From assembly GCF_035084215.1 (NCBI RefSeq), contig NC_090348.1:18600001-18664000 (forward strand): a DNA stretch of 64,000 nucleotides, given 5' to 3'. Below the pieces are notes generated by a model. It worked only from the letters and a program-made list of their open reading frames with translations, made no database searches and was not told the origin of the DNA. This document shows, in pieces, positions 1-13,341 of the stretch (the first letter of the stretch is position 1; the number at the start of each line of letters is the position of its first letter). Source of the DNA: Heptranchias perlo (taxonomy: Eukaryota). Position numbers and translations under genes: made by a program.

Positions 1-476
1 AGTAAGGGAAGTGTCCATCACTCCTGTGATTAAGCCTCTATGATGGACAGTTACTTCGTTCAAAACCAGGTGCAATTAGCACTTTAAAATGTGAAGGTTT
101 CCCGTATCTGTGCTCATTTGGCTTTTCAAGCACTTTGGAATGTGAAGGCCCCGCTTACCTGTGCTCATCTGATTTTATGTCCACGATTCTAACTGTCTCA
201 ACAGTTCCTCAATGGTATCAGTTCTGTGGTATGTTGACTTGTTTAAAACTTCTAGAAACTTTCCCATACGAACTGCAGTTTTAAATCAATCAAAAGTCCA
301 GCTGCACAAAGGGACAGCAGTTCGTTCTGTCTTTTTGGCTGATGATGTAGCTTTCAAAGCTGTCCATTGTTTCTAAGTTAACGTCCAATTCCATATTGCA
401 AAAAGGCATTCAATTCTCACACAGGTCACCCATTAACCTTCTAGCAGAAAAAGCTAATTTCTCACCCTTGTCTTCA
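1..476 (-). mobile_element. Possible LTR (partial, runs off the window edge)
   Basis: Ends in ...gtcttca (TGAAGAC on the minus strand, an LTR-like TG start). Imperfect ~50 bp tandem duplication at 78-128 and 129-176, as often found in U3. The other end is not visible. Confidence 0.25.
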
Positions 477-808
477 TAATTGTAGCTCATCCCTCTCAAC
501 ATCCAAATGAATTTATACTGCACCTTTTTCATTGCTTTCATCTCCTTTCTATATTGGGGTGCCTCGGACATATGAACATACGAAATTCACAGGCAGGAAA
601 AGACCAGCTGGTTCATCAAGCCTGCCTCACACCATGATGGCCAGACCCCCCACCCTCACAGCCACCCCCGCAGCCATGTGTATGACCAACATTGCTGTTT
701 CTATTATGTTGATAATACTGAAGTGATTGCTTGTGAGAAATACACTATTGAACACTCTCATAGGTCTACTCTTATGTACCTTCTCAAAGTGATTTGTACA
801 GACTTATA

Positions 809-1006
809 GGGGGTGATTTTAAACCCCAAGAATGGGTGAGTTGGGGGTGGGTGGGAGTTGAAAACAGTTGTTTTTTTGGGGTCGCAACAGCAAAATTTTC
901 AGACTTTGCATTCCCAGTGGGAAGCCTGTACTTTTTTGCGCCGACGTTAAATCCGGAAATAAAGCCGCCCCCAACCCACCCACTCTTGGGGTTTAAAATC
1001 ACCCCC
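809..1006. mobile_element. MITE, PIF/Harbinger-like (198 bp)
   Basis: ~45 bp TIRs GGGGGTGATTTTAAACCCCAAGAATGGGTG.. / ..CACCCACTCTTGGGGTTTAAAATCACCCCC. 3-bp TSD ATA at 806-808 and 1007-1009. Confidence 0.85.
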
Positions 1007-2945
1007 ATAATGTTGCCAAGAAGAGTAGAAAACCTGAAGATCGGGAGAGTTTTAAAAACCAGCAAAGGATGACCAAAAATTGATAGAGGGAGAAAATAGA
1101 ATATGAGAGTAAATGAGCAAGAAATATAAAAACAGATTATAAGAGCTTCTATAAGTAAACGTGGGTTCTTTAGAGGCTGAGATAGGAGAAATTATAATGG
1201 GGAATAAGGAAACGGCAGAGGCGTTAAACAAATATTTTGTATCTGTCTTCAGAGTAGAAGACACAAAAATCATACCAAAATTAGTGGGGAACCAAGGGTC
1301 TAATGAGAGTGAGGAACCTAAAGCAATTATTAGTGAAGAAAAAGTACTGGACAAATAAATGGGACTAAAAGCCGACAAATCCCCTGGACCTGATGGCCTA
1401 CATCCTAGGCTTCTAAAAGAGGTGACTGCAGAGATAGTGGATGCATTGGTTGTGATCTTCCAAAATTCCCTAGATTCTAGAACAGTCCCAGTGGATTGGA
1501 AGGTAGCAAATATAACACTGCTATTCAAGAAAGGAGGGAGTGAGAAAACAGGGAACTACAGGCCAGTTAGCCTGACATCAGTAGTTGGGAAAATGCTGGA
1601 ATCCATTATTAAGGAAGTGGTAACAGGGCACTTAGAAAATCATAATATGATTAGGCAGAGTCAACGTGGTTTATGAAAGAGAAATCATATTTGACAAATG
1701 TACTGGAGTTTTTTTGAGGCTGTAACCAGCAGGGGAGATAAAGGGACCACCAGGTGTAGTATATTTGGATTTCTAAAAGGCATTCGATATGGTGCCACAC
1801 AAAAGGTTGTTACACAAGATAAGGGCACATGAGGTTGGGGGCAATATATTAGCATGGATAGAGAATTGGTTAATGGACAGAAAACAAAGAGTAGGAATAA
1901 ACGAGTCATTTTCAGGTTGGCAGGCTGTAACTAATAGGGTGCAGCAAGGATCAGTGCTTGGGTCTCAGCTATTTACAATCTATATTAATGACTTAGATGA
2001 AGTGACCGAGTGTAATTTGTAATCCAAGTTTGCTGACAATACAAAGCTAGGTGGGAAAGTAAGCTGTGAGGAGGACACAAAGAGTCTGCAAAGGGATACA
2101 GACAGGTTAAGTAAATGGGCAAGAAAGTGGCAGATGGAGTATAATGTGGGGAAATGTGAGGTTATTCACTTTGGTAAGAAGAATAGAAAAACAGAATATT
2201 TTTTAAATGATGAGAAACTATTAATGTTGGTGTTCAGAGGGATTTGGGTGTCCTTGTACACGAAACACAAAGTTAATATGCAGGTACAATAAGCAATTAG
2301 GAAGGCAAATGATATGTTGGCCTTTATTGCAAGTGGGTTGGGGAACAAGAGTAAGGAAGTCTTGCTGCACTTGCACAGGGCTTTGGTGAGACCACACCTG
2401 TAGAACTATGCACAGTTTTGGTCTCCTTACCCAAGGAAGGATGTACTTGCTTTAGAGGCAGTGCAACAAAGGTTCACTAGATTGATTCCTGGGATGAGAG
2501 GACTGTCCCATGGGGAGAGATTGAATAGAATGGGTTTATACTCTCTGGAATTTAAAAGAATGAGAGGTGATCTCATTAAAACATATAAGATTCTGAGGGG
2601 CTTGACACGGAAGATGCTGAGAGGCTGTTTCCCCTGGCTAGAGTGTTTAGAACTAGGGGGCATAGTCCCAGGATAAGGGGTCGGCCATTTTAGGACTGAG
2701 ATGAGGAGGAATTTCTTTAGAGGGTTGTGAATCTTTTGAATTCTCTACCCCGGAGGGCTGTGGATGCTCAGTCGTTGAGTATATTCAAGACTCAGATCGA
2801 TAGATTTTTGGACTCTAGGGGAATCAAGGGATCAGGCGGGAAAGTGGAGTTGAGGTCGAAGATCAGCCATGATCTTACTGAATGGCGGAGCATGCTCGAG
2901 GGGCCGTTTGGCCTATTCCTGCTCCTAGTTCTTATGTTCTTATGT
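1007..2945 (+). mobile_element. CR1 LINE, 5'-truncated, ORF2 RT region with stops and frameshifts
   Basis: Peptides [50 protein letters not shown]. Ends in the CR1-type microsatellite tail (cttatgtt)n. Confidence 0.95.
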
Positions 2946-3395
2946 ATAATGCATGGCACATTAGATCACTTAATAAAGTGTACCAAACAATGTGTAAGGA
3001 AAGTTATGAAATCCAGAGTTCCTCAATATACCAAAATGTATTTATTAATCAAACACAATCATCAATGTAAGTGAAATACCACAACAAGATGCTAACAACA
3101 AGAGTGATAATGTAAACTCAGAATTTCACTGATGTCTTCATCTAATCATTGGTCATTTTTCAGTTCTATAATTGTTATTAAAGGTTGCTAACTGTGATTG
3201 GAAATGACATTTCCAGTCATTTATTTTCTGCTTCCAACATTACCTCCAAGGATGTAACAAACTGGACACTTGAAATCCCACTATAAACTACCGTAATTAA
3301 TAAAGCAGCTTATAAAAGAGTATTCTGATGTACAATTTATACATTTACCCCGCCTCTTCCCTTGGTATACTGAGCACAGTATTGTACAGTATTAG

Positions 3396-5507
3396 GGTCA
3401 TCAGCAGCAGCAGAATTCTATTCCAGCACAATCTGTGACCTCATGGCCCGGCATATTCCTCACTCTATCATTACCAACACGCCAGGGGATCAACCCTGGT
3501 TCAATGAGGAGTGTAGAAGAGCATGCCAGGAGCAGCACCAGGCATATCTAAAAGTGAGGTGCCGACCTGGTGAAGCTACAACTCAGGACTACATGCATGC
3601 TAAACAGCGGAAGCAACATGCTATAGACAGAGCTAAGCGATTCCACAACCAACGGATCAGATCAAAGCTCTGCAGTCCTGCCGCATCCAGTCATGAATGG
3701 TGGTGGACAATTAAACAACTAACGGGAGGAGGAGCCTCTGTAAACATCCCCATCCTCAATGATGGTGGAGTCCAGCACGTGAGTGCAAAAGACAAGGCTG
3801 AAGCATTTGCAACCATCTTCAGCCAGAAGTGCCGAGTGGATGATCCATCTCGGCCTCCTCCCGATATCCCCACCATCACAGAAGCCAGTCTTCAGCCAAT
3901 TCGATTCACTCCATGTGATATCAAGAAACGGCTGAGTGCACTGGATACAGCAAAGGCTATGGGCCCCGACAACATCCCGGCTGTAGTGCTGAAGACTTGT
4001 GCTCCAGAACTAGCTGCGCCTCTAGCCAAACTGTTACAGTACAGCTACAACACTGGCATCCACCCGACAATGTGGAAAATTGCCCAGGTATGTCCTGTCC
4101 ACAAAAAGCAGGACAAATCCAATCCAGCCAATTACCACCCCATCAGTCTAATTTCAATCATCACCAAAGTGACAGAAGGTGTCGTCGACAGTGCTATCAA
4201 GCGGCACTTACTCACCAATAACCTGCTCACCGATGCTCAGTTTGGGTTCCGCCAGGACCACTCGGCTCGAGACTTCATTACAGCCTTGGTCCAAACATGG
4301 ACAAAAGAGCTGAATTCCAGAGGTGAGGTGAGAGTGACTGCCCTTGACATCAAGGCAGCATTTGACAGAGTGTGGCACCAAGGAGCCCGAGTAAAATTGA
4401 AGTCAATGGGAATCAGAGGGAAAACTCTCCAGTGGCTGGAGTCATACCTAGCACAAAGGAAGATGGTAGTGGTTGTTGGAGGCCAATCATCTCAGCCCCA
4501 GGACATTGCTGCAGGAGTTCCTCAGGGCAGTGTCCTTGGCCCAACCATCTTCAGCTGCTTCATCAATGACCTTCCCTCCATCATAAGGTCAGAAATGGAG
4601 ATGTTCGCTGATGATTGCACAGCGTTCAGTTCCATTCGCAACCCCTCAGATAATGAAGCAATTCGAGTCCACATGCAGCAAGACCTGGACAACATCCAGG
4701 ATTGAGCTGATAAGTGGCAAGTAACATTCGCGCCGGAGAAGTGCCAGGCAATGACCATCTCCAACAAGAGAGAGTCTAACCAACTCCCCTTGACATTCGA
4801 TGACATTACCATCGCCGAATCCCCCACCATCAACATCCTGGGGGCCACCATTGACCAGAAACTTAACTGGACCAGCCATATAAATATTGTGGCTACAATA
4901 GCAGGTCAGAGGCTGGGTATTCTGCGGCGAGTGACTCACCTCCTGACTCCCCAAACGTTTCCACCATCTACAAGGCATAAGTCAGGAGTGTGATGGAATA
5001 CTGTCCACTTGCCTGGATGAATGCAGCTCCAACAACACTCAAGAAGCTTGACACCATCCAGGACAAAGCAGCCCGCTTGATTGGCACCCCATCCACCACC
5101 CTAAATATTCACTCCCTTCACCACCGGCGCACTGTGGCTGCAGTGTGCACCATCCACAGGATGCACTGCAGCAACTCGCCAAGGCTTCTTCGACAGCACC
5201 TCCCAAACCCACGACCTCTACCACCTAGAAGGACAAGGGCAGCAGGCACACGGGAATAACACCACCTGCACGTTCCCCTCCAAGTCACACACCATCCCAA
5301 CTTAGAAATATATCACCGTTCCTTCATTGTTGCTGGGTCAAAATCCTGGAACTCCCTTCCTAACAGCACGTGAGTGAACCTTCACCACATGGACTGCAGC
5401 GGTTCAAGAAGGCGGCTCACCACCACCTTCTCAAGGGCAATTAGGGATGGGCAATAAATGCTGGCCTTGCCAGCGACGACCACATCCCATGAACGAATAA
5501 AAAAAAT
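3396..5507 (+). mobile_element. CR1-group LINE of a second family, 5'-truncated, fairly young
   Basis: 420-aa ORF 3443-4705 with [37 protein letters not shown] and MFADD. RT C-terminus continues in broken frames to ~5440; short 3' end finishing in gaacgaataaaaaaaa. Confidence 0.9.
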
Positions 5508-6939
5508 ATTTGTTGATTCTGATAATGAGAATATAAATTTTAAATTAGTTACTATGCTATTCTAAAAGTAGCATCTTCCTCCTCATTCAAGTAGCAATAT
5601 AAGTATTAATGAAAGCATGATGAATAATATAGAATGCCAATTATATCAATGTACTATTTTGCTTAAATAAAAAGGATCTGTAACCACCAATAAAAGGGAA
5701 TGCTTTTAATTCTAGTCTAAATCCCATAGAAATTTTGAAAATGTTTTCAATTTTGGGGACGGTTAGGGTTTTAAATCTTGTGCTGAACTCCTTATTCACA
5801 TCTGTACTCATTATTGTCAGTTATTTTCTTTCCTTCTGCTTCTTTAAAGTTTTGCTGAGCACACCCTGATTGAATTAACTTGGCCTCAGAGTTTCCCTCT
5901 GAGGACGCTTATTATCTTTCCCAGGTGACCTAGCTGAGATTTGGAATGCCTTGTGTGGAAAATCACAGAGAGATTCCATGTCCCACCACTCCTTGCACAG
6001 CAAATCTGTTGCTGCTTGGCCAGATTTAATCGCAAAGTACAATTTATTTTCGGCATTAAGCCTCGGCACTATTTCTACTGGTTTGTAGACACAATAATAA
6101 TCTACAGTACAACTAAAGGACTGAGCCCTCACTACAGTGACAAATAACTACTTCACATGACCTCAAACAATTTACTGTCAATCTTTTCCATTTGTAAGAC
6201 TGATGACAGAATTACACAAAGCAGATCCTGTCGTCCACTGTTCTGGCAAGAGGCCAACAAGTAACCTTCCAGACTGATGAGCATCTTTACTGTCACTGTT
6301 ACTAAATATATTTCCTGAAATACTACTCATATGCTTCCAGCACATACCATTGGAAAGCTGCAATTTAAAACTCGTGGCTAAGCAGTGTGTCAGAAAATGT
6401 TACACATTTTACAAATATATTGTACTCTGTGGGCGCTAAATTGGGCCGTGTAGTGCCCGTTGTTTCGGTGCTACGCGGCCTCTCGAACATTCAAGATGGC
6501 GTCTTGGCTGCGCACGGACATTTCCAGTATGACGTGCGCCGGACACCGTCTCGGTATAGGAGGTAGTGCATGCACAAATACCGAACGCTAGAATCTTGTG
6601 AAGGAGAAAATGCGTGCAGTGTGCAACGCTGATTTAAAGTGATAGACATAATTTTGGACCTTAACACTCAACTCAACGCATTGTCTTAACCACGCACACC
6701 TGAACATGTCTTAGAGTGCCTGGAAGACCGTCCCCCACCAACGATATTTAAAGGGGCCATGCAGGATTGACAGGTTCGTTGCTGGATTATTGGTTCTGGC
6801 TGCTGATGGAATAGGATGTGCTTTTTGAAGCTCCCTATACTTACTGAGAGTTCCTAGAGTACATTTGAGAGTGGTTTGGCGGGTACTGCCTTACAGTTCG
6901 GAAAGTTACAACCCTGGTTGAACAACATTCCTGGCAACC

Positions 6940-8075
6940 ATGGGTGGTCTGCTCGGGCTCCCACTGGCCATTGAGCATGACTGGGAGCGTGCAGGTCAAG
7001 CTACGAGGAGGTGCAGGGCACGGAGCAGGAGGCCATGTCCAATGAGGGCCTTCTGGGACCAATTCTCTTACCTCAACATGACCAAGGAGGATTGCATCCG
7101 ACGCCTGAGGTTCACCAAGAAAGCAGTCACCAAGATCTGTCAACTGATGCGGCCACAAATGCAGCCTCAGAGCAGGGCAAGGACAGCATTGCCTGTGGCT
7201 GTGAAGGTCACCGTGGCGCTGAATTTCTACGGCTCAGGATCATTTCAGGCCTCTGCTGGCGACATGTGCAACATCTCGCAGTATGCAGTGCACTGCTGCA
7301 TTAAGGAGGTCACAGATGCAGTGTACCAGATGAGGAAAAGGTTCATCACCTTCCCTCTTGACAAAGATAACCAGAATGGGCGAGCAAGGGGGCTCGCTTG
7401 CATTGCTGGCTTCCCCATGGTGCAGGGTGCCATTGACTGCAAGCACATTGCCCTGCGTGTCCCGCATATCAACTCGGCTGTCTGTCAACCGAAAGGGCTT
7501 CCACTCCCTGATGGTGTGCACCCATACGCATCACATCACGGAGGTCGATGCTTGCTACCCTGGGAGCAGTCACGATGCCTTCATCATGCGGCAGTCCAAC
7601 TTGCCAGCTATCTTTCACCCGGCTCGGCAAGTCAAAGCTGGCTACTGGGCTATCCCCTTGCGCCATGGCTCATGACTCCGGTCAGGAACCCACGCACATG
7701 TGCACAGCAGGCCCATAATGAGACCCATGCTGCCACATGCAACATCATGGACCACACCATAGGCCTCCTCAAACAACACTTCTGCTGCCTGGACCGGTCT
7801 GGAGGAGCCCTGCAATACTCCGCTGAGTGGGTGGGCAGATTCGTGGTGATATGCTGCATGCTGCAGAACCTCGCTATCATGAGGGACCAGCCTTTGCCAC
7901 CAATGATCAGAGAAGACCCTGAACCAGAGGTGGAGGGGGGGGAGGAAGCTGAGGAGGAGGAGGAGGCTGAGGAGCCAAAAGAGGAAGTGGAGGAAGACGC
8001 AAGGGTGAAACATGAACCACACACCTTGTCTGCAAGGGCTCTGCGTGTTCACCTGATCCGTGCCCGCTATCAATA
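6940..8075 (+). pseudogene. Harbinger (HARBI1-like) DDE transposase pseudogene
   Basis: ALPVAVKVTVALNFYGSGSFQ, FPMVQGAIDCKHI, then in a shifted frame NRKGFHSL..YPGSSHDAFI, WLLG-YPL (DKG missing), HTIGLLKQHFCCLDRSGGALQYS, and an acidic tail. Confidence 0.9.
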
Positions 8076-8275
8076 TCATCAACTACATCCCCCAACTCAC
8101 CAACAGTCCTACAATCCCCACCTTTCTGCTCCCACAAGACAATCAAATCGCCTTCCATCTGATTGTACATTGGTTCCCCCTCAGCTCATCGCACAAATAA
8201 AAACCACCACCAAATGCAAATTCAAAATCACATTTATCAATGAATAAATGAAATTATGGAAACAGAACAGAACTA

Positions 8276-10129
8276 TTCACCCTTGTGCATTGCCTCAGTG
8301 CTTTTTGTTTGTGTGCCTTTACCTATCCTAGTGCTCAGACAAGGTGTTTCCCCAGTGGTTGGAGCATGGGTGGTGGGAGGCTGCTGGCCTTCAATGGAGG
8401 AGCGTGCAGATGGCCTTGGAGGATGACCTTCAGTAGCTCTGGGCCGGGAGGGCCCAGCTTCAGACTGCAACATCTCAGCATGGGCTGCAGCAGTCTGACC
8501 TGGCTGGCCGATAGGCAACAAGGGCACTGCAAGAGTGGCAGGGGTGGGAGCAGGAATGCTGTTGTCCTGAGAGAGGACAGCAGGTCCGACTGCCACGGCG
8601 CCACTGCCACTCTCCCAGAGCGACACCTCAGCAATCCTGGTGATCAAGCTGGAGAACGGATTGCTGGAGTGCTGAGACACCATGGAAGTCCCGTTCCACA
8701 GTGGTCCCCAGAGCCACGATAGCAGCAGTGTGAGCTTCCATTGCAGCAGTCTGAGCGGCAACCATAGTTGCAGCCTTTTGATGAAATCGGTTTATGCTGC
8801 AATGGAAGCCGCGACATCAGTCATCAGATGCTGTATCATGGTAGATTCCACAGGTGCGCTGATGGAGGTGACCACCCGTTCCATGTTGGAAAGGATGGGC
8901 TCCAAGCTCTGCGCAAAGCACTGTGCCAAGCTGGAGCTGGACTCCTCCATGCCCCTCGTCATTGTGCACAAGCTTTCTGGCAGGCTTTCCAGTGCCCCAA
9001 GCATTTGGTGGTGTACGCCCATCAGCCGTCTTCCGTAGCCTGGCCCATCGAAGTCCTCAGTTGACTCCTCTGCAGAACTATTGAGTGACCTCGCCCTCCG
9101 GGGAGCTGGCATCTGCAGTATCCATTCCCCCTGCCCCGGCTCCTGTGCACTTGTGCCCGGTGTCTCACCACGTGCGGATCCCTCCTCTAAACTAGCCTCT
9201 AAACGACGCACAATGTCAGTCTCTGAGCTGGTGGAAGTGAGTGTCAGATTGAGTGATAGTGTGGCTTCAGTGTCCTCCTCCTCGGACGGTGCCGCCACGT
9301 GTTCTTGGGTATCTGCAATGTCAAAGGGAAACAGGTTGAGCTGTGGAGCAGGGAGAGGAGCAAGTAAGACGTGCGTGCCGACAGCATCTGCAGCACCTGA
9401 GTCAGAAAAGATTATGGGAGGAGGGAGATGCAGGAAAGGAGAAGGAGCATTAGATATGCAGAGACCCCCCCTTCATCAGGACCTCCAGTGCAACATGTCA
9501 CGGCTGCAGTGACGGCCCGCCCAATGATCCGAAGCACTTTCTCCTCTAGGGAAGCGAGGACATGTAAGCGTCTCCATCCACCCTGAGGTCTCTCCTGCTG
9601 CCGACTGTTATGCACCACCTTCTCCTGCAATAGTGGACAGTGTGTCAACGAGTATCCTGCAAGGTATGTAGGTGATGTGCCTGTCATGGTTGAATAGCTG
9701 CCAATGTGTGTGACCTGTGAATGGTGGTTGTGTGGCCTGCAAGTGTGGCATTACGTGTGGGTGAGATGCAGCACACCATGTGCAGCATTGCATATGGATG
9801 GGCAATGTTTGTTGGTGGGTGGGTGATGGGGGTGTGATGCGTGGAGCAGTGGTGCAGTTGGTCGGATGTGCCACTTCACGCTTGCATTCACTCACCTTGA
9901 CCGCTTGTGTCAAATCATTGAAACTTCTTTCGGCACTGCACCCACGTGCATGGTGCCATACTCCTGGCGTTCACTTCCTGGGCCACAGCCTGCCAATGTC
10001 TGCGGAGCTGCAGTCTGGAGGGTACATGTTGGCCCTCCTTTCGTCCACCCCTTCCACCAGGGCCACCAGTGCATCATCTGAGAAGCGTGGGGCCTTCTCT
10101 CGTGCTGGTCCTGCCATCCTTGCGGCCAT
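8276..10129 (-). pseudogene. Harbinger Myb/SANT (trihelix) partner gene, three exons, frameshifted
   Basis: Exon 1 reads MAARMAGPAREKAPRFSDDALVALVEGVDERR..WQAVAQEVNARSMAPCTWVQCRKKF with donor AAG|gtgagt near 9895. Exon 2 follows ttgcag (~9625): EKVVHNSRQQERPQGG..LEEKVLRIIG. Exon 3 follows cattgcag (~9313), is acidic/Ser-rich and ends MHKGE*. Confidence 0.8.
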
Positions 10130-10960
10130 CTTTCCCTCCTCCTATTGGACTATGCATGTCCTATTTACAATGTGTACCTGCACCTTTAAGAGGTGCAGGC
10201 TGCCGATGACACGAGCTGAGCATGCCCCATTGCTGACTTCTTCATTCTCGGTGCAGCCTCCCAGCAGCGCAGGTAGTGCTGGCTGCACTGAGATATCATG
10301 GTAAGTTGCAGGCAGCTCAAAATTCATATGCTGCCTGCGTAGGGGCCATTGGACGCAGGGTAATAGCGGATCACGCTACCCGCACCCGAAAATGGGCCCT
10401 ATCGAATTTTTTTCCCCCGTGACTTTTTTGGCAGGTGTCACTAATTACAGGGAAAGCAGACATTCTCCAGCTTTTCATTACAAGAGGAATTTGACCCCCA
10501 AAATATTTAACTGTTTGGCCCTTGTACCCTTATATGCCAATCTTTCACTTTATAGGTTTCATGCTTTAAATTGAACAGTTAAAAAACAAAATGATCAGAC
10601 CTTAAAACAAGAGATTTTTAGCAACAATTTCAAGAATCTTATATTAGCAATCTCATATCACAGTTTGGCATGGCAAGCACATTATGGTCAGATGATAAAT
10701 ATCACCAAAAATGAGGCTTGACTGGATAATTCATCAATGATTAAGCCACAAGTGAGTTTGTCATCTGTTTTTTTCATTGCAGTGCAGCACCCATGAATCC
10801 AAATGCACCACACCACAAGAGCCAGAAGCAGGTCTGTGCTCAACCCTCATAGCAGTGAGTTGCCAACCTCTGAATAGAGGCCAGAGGATTCCCCACCAGG
10901 AGGAAAGAGGTAAAAGTCAGAAGGAGAGTCATTCTGGACCACTCTTATGGACATTTGCAT

Positions 10961-11395
10961 CAGCTTGGCTTAGTTGGTAACACTCACCTCCTGTCAGAAA
11001 GTTGTGGGTTCAAATCTCAGTCCAGAACACAAGCACATAACCTAAGCTGACACTCCATGCCACCTTCATATGAAAAGGTTAAACAGAGGCCCACCTACTA
11101 TTTTCTTGGTTCAGATGATGCTAAAGATCCCGTGGCATTATTCAAAAAAGCAGAAGGAGCTCTGAGTACAGGGCAATATTCCTCCCCCAACCAGCATCAC
11201 CAAAAAGAACAGATTAACTGGTCATCCATCTGACTGCTGCTTGCGAGACCTCACTGAGTGCAAAATGGCTTCCGTGTTGGCCTATAACACACACATTCAT
11301 TGCCCTTTGACAAAATAAATCAGAGTATGTGAAGGGCCTTGAAATATCTGCAACACATGATTGGATGTTATATAAATACAAGGTTTTATTCATTC
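10961..11395 (+). mobile_element. tRNA-derived SINE (SacSINE1/DeuSINE-like), diverged copy
   Basis: A box tggcttagttgg, B box gggttcaaatc. Collinear with the copy at 11866-12300. Confidence 0.7.
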
Positions 11396-11865
11396 TCGAG
11401 GTTCAGCTCATACTGGCAAAGACCTGCAAGCCATGTCCCCAAAAAGGAAAAGGGAAATAGGGCTAATTTTCCCACCATTCCTTTCCTCTCCTGGTGCAAA
11501 TCAGGCAGAGTGCACCTGAAGTGCACTCATAGAAATACACAGAACTTACAACACGGAACTGGGCCATTCGGTCCAACCAGTCAATGTCAGCATTTTTCCC
11601 CACACATGAACAAATAGTCTTCATTACATTTATCCACCTGGGAGGCGTCAGAGAAAAAAAAAGAGAGCACATGTAGTGCGAAGGGAATGGAGACCTAGCC
11701 TAGGGTCTCCTCCAGTTCTTCCTCTATCATGCGCCAGGGAAATGAGCATACCTCTAGCGCAAAGCTGAGTCAAATCAGCCCCACTATCTCTGAATAACAA
11801 AAGAGTAGTGTACTTGTGTAGGTTTTAGTCTGAAAAGATTGACTAAGGGTGCTTTGTAATGGCAC

Positions 11866-12300
11866 GTCATGGCTCAGTGGTAGCACTCTCGCCTCAGTCA
11901 GAAGGTTGTGGGTTCAGGTCACACTCCAGAAACTTGAGCACATAAGTCAAGCTGACACTTCAGTACAGTACTGAGGCAGTACTGCATTGTCAGAGATGCT
12001 GTCTTTCGGATGAGACGTTAAATCTCGGCTCCGTCTGCCCTCTCAGGTAGATGTAAGAGATCCCATGGCACGATTCGAAGAAGACCTGGTCAGTTCTCCC
12101 GGAGTCCTGGCCAATATTTATCCCTTGACCAACACCTATAAACACATGATCTGGTCATTATCATATTGCTCTACGCAAATTGCTGCCCTGTTTCCTGCAT
12201 TACAACATGATTACACTTCAAAAGTAATTCATTGGCTGTAAAGCGCTTTGGGACATCTTGAGGGTGTGAAAGTGCTATATAAATGCACGTCTTTCTTTTT
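11866..12300 (+). mobile_element. tRNA-derived SINE (SacSINE1/DeuSINE-like), full length
   Basis: A box tggctcagtggtag, B box gggttcaggtc, central core gatcccatggcac..gttctccc..gtcctggccaatatttatcc, L2-like tail tgctatataaatgca(c)gtctttcttt. Confidence 0.85.
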
Positions 12301-13341
12301 TTCCCTTTCATGCCGTGATTATGTTTATACGAATAGGTGATTTTTAATTCTACTGATATTTTCTCATTATTTCAAATGTAAAATTAATGTTTTCTAACAA
12401 TTCCTTCACTGCAAAAAAAATGGATAATTCCAATAGAATAGATTTTTTGCAATAGAACTTTTTAATTTATGCTATTTTTTTGCACTAAGCTTTTGGAGGA
12501 CAATAGCATAACAGAACTTGTCAACCTGCCCACTGCATTAAGTAGAATTGACAATCCTACAATGGGAAATCCTATTCTTCCTCTAACCGCCTACACTCCC
12601 ACGGTGCATGCACTGAATAATGTTTACACCGCATGAAAGCTTGTCAGGAGTTTCAACTACTTCCGGTGTACAGTTGGCTGGTTTCATGCACAGAAAATTA
12701 AGTAAACTGCAGTGTATATTTGAGCATGGTTCAAATGCATGATAAAGCTATCTCCTGAACATTACAAGTTAACAAACATTGTTGATAATTTGCACAAAAG
12801 TTTACTTATTGCTCCAAATAAATACATGACCAAAGTGGATGCTTAAAAACGAACACCGAGCTGTGCTTGGCAAGTTCTTCAGTGAGGCTTGAAGAAGCAC
12901 TATCTGTCACTAGAAACAGAGGACAGCTGGGGCAATTGGAACAGCCATAGATCATTTGTGTTGTCATGACATCGTATACACACTTGATGTTCATTTCAGT
13001 GCATAATGATCTATTTCAGTGCAAACTGTATCACAATGACTGATGAGCACAGAAAGGTTTGCAAACACTTCTCTTTAAAGACAGTCAGGTATACCCTGAT
13101 ATGAGAACTGCATCTAAGTTCCATCATATTAGCTCTGGAGAGTTTCCTCTTGATGCTGCAGCGGACACTAAGGACCGAATTTTCGACTGGAGCAATGATG
13201 GATCTCCGTCATAACTACCACAGAAAGGAGTGGGAAATTGTTCGGAGTCCACTGGCCTCCACTACCTCTGGGATTTTCGGCCAGAACTGATGGGGGCAGG
13301 TGTGCTGCAATGGCATACAAATACCACTAGTACATCATACA

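Larger units (their letters stand above)
6431..10418 (+). mobile_element. PIF/Harbinger DNA transposon, near full-length two-gene layout, decayed
   Basis: Convergent transposase (+) and Myb/SANT (-) genes. CpG-rich subtermini. Imperfect termini GGGCGCTAAATTGG / CGAATTTTTTTCCCC, possible TSD TGT/CGT. Boundaries approximate. Confidence 0.85.

Noticed and set aside
6940-8247. Domesticated HARBI1 host gene
   Set aside because: It sits inside a transposon with a Myb partner, is frameshifted and has lost catalytic residues.
11866-11945. tRNA genes at A/B-box motifs (also ~17640, ~39700)
   Set aside because: They are SINE heads continuing into the SINE core and tail; no full cloverleaf.
12806-12911. 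Minus-strand acceptor followed by TDSASSSLTEELAKHSS
   Set aside because: No good donor before the stop codon and no recognisable homology.
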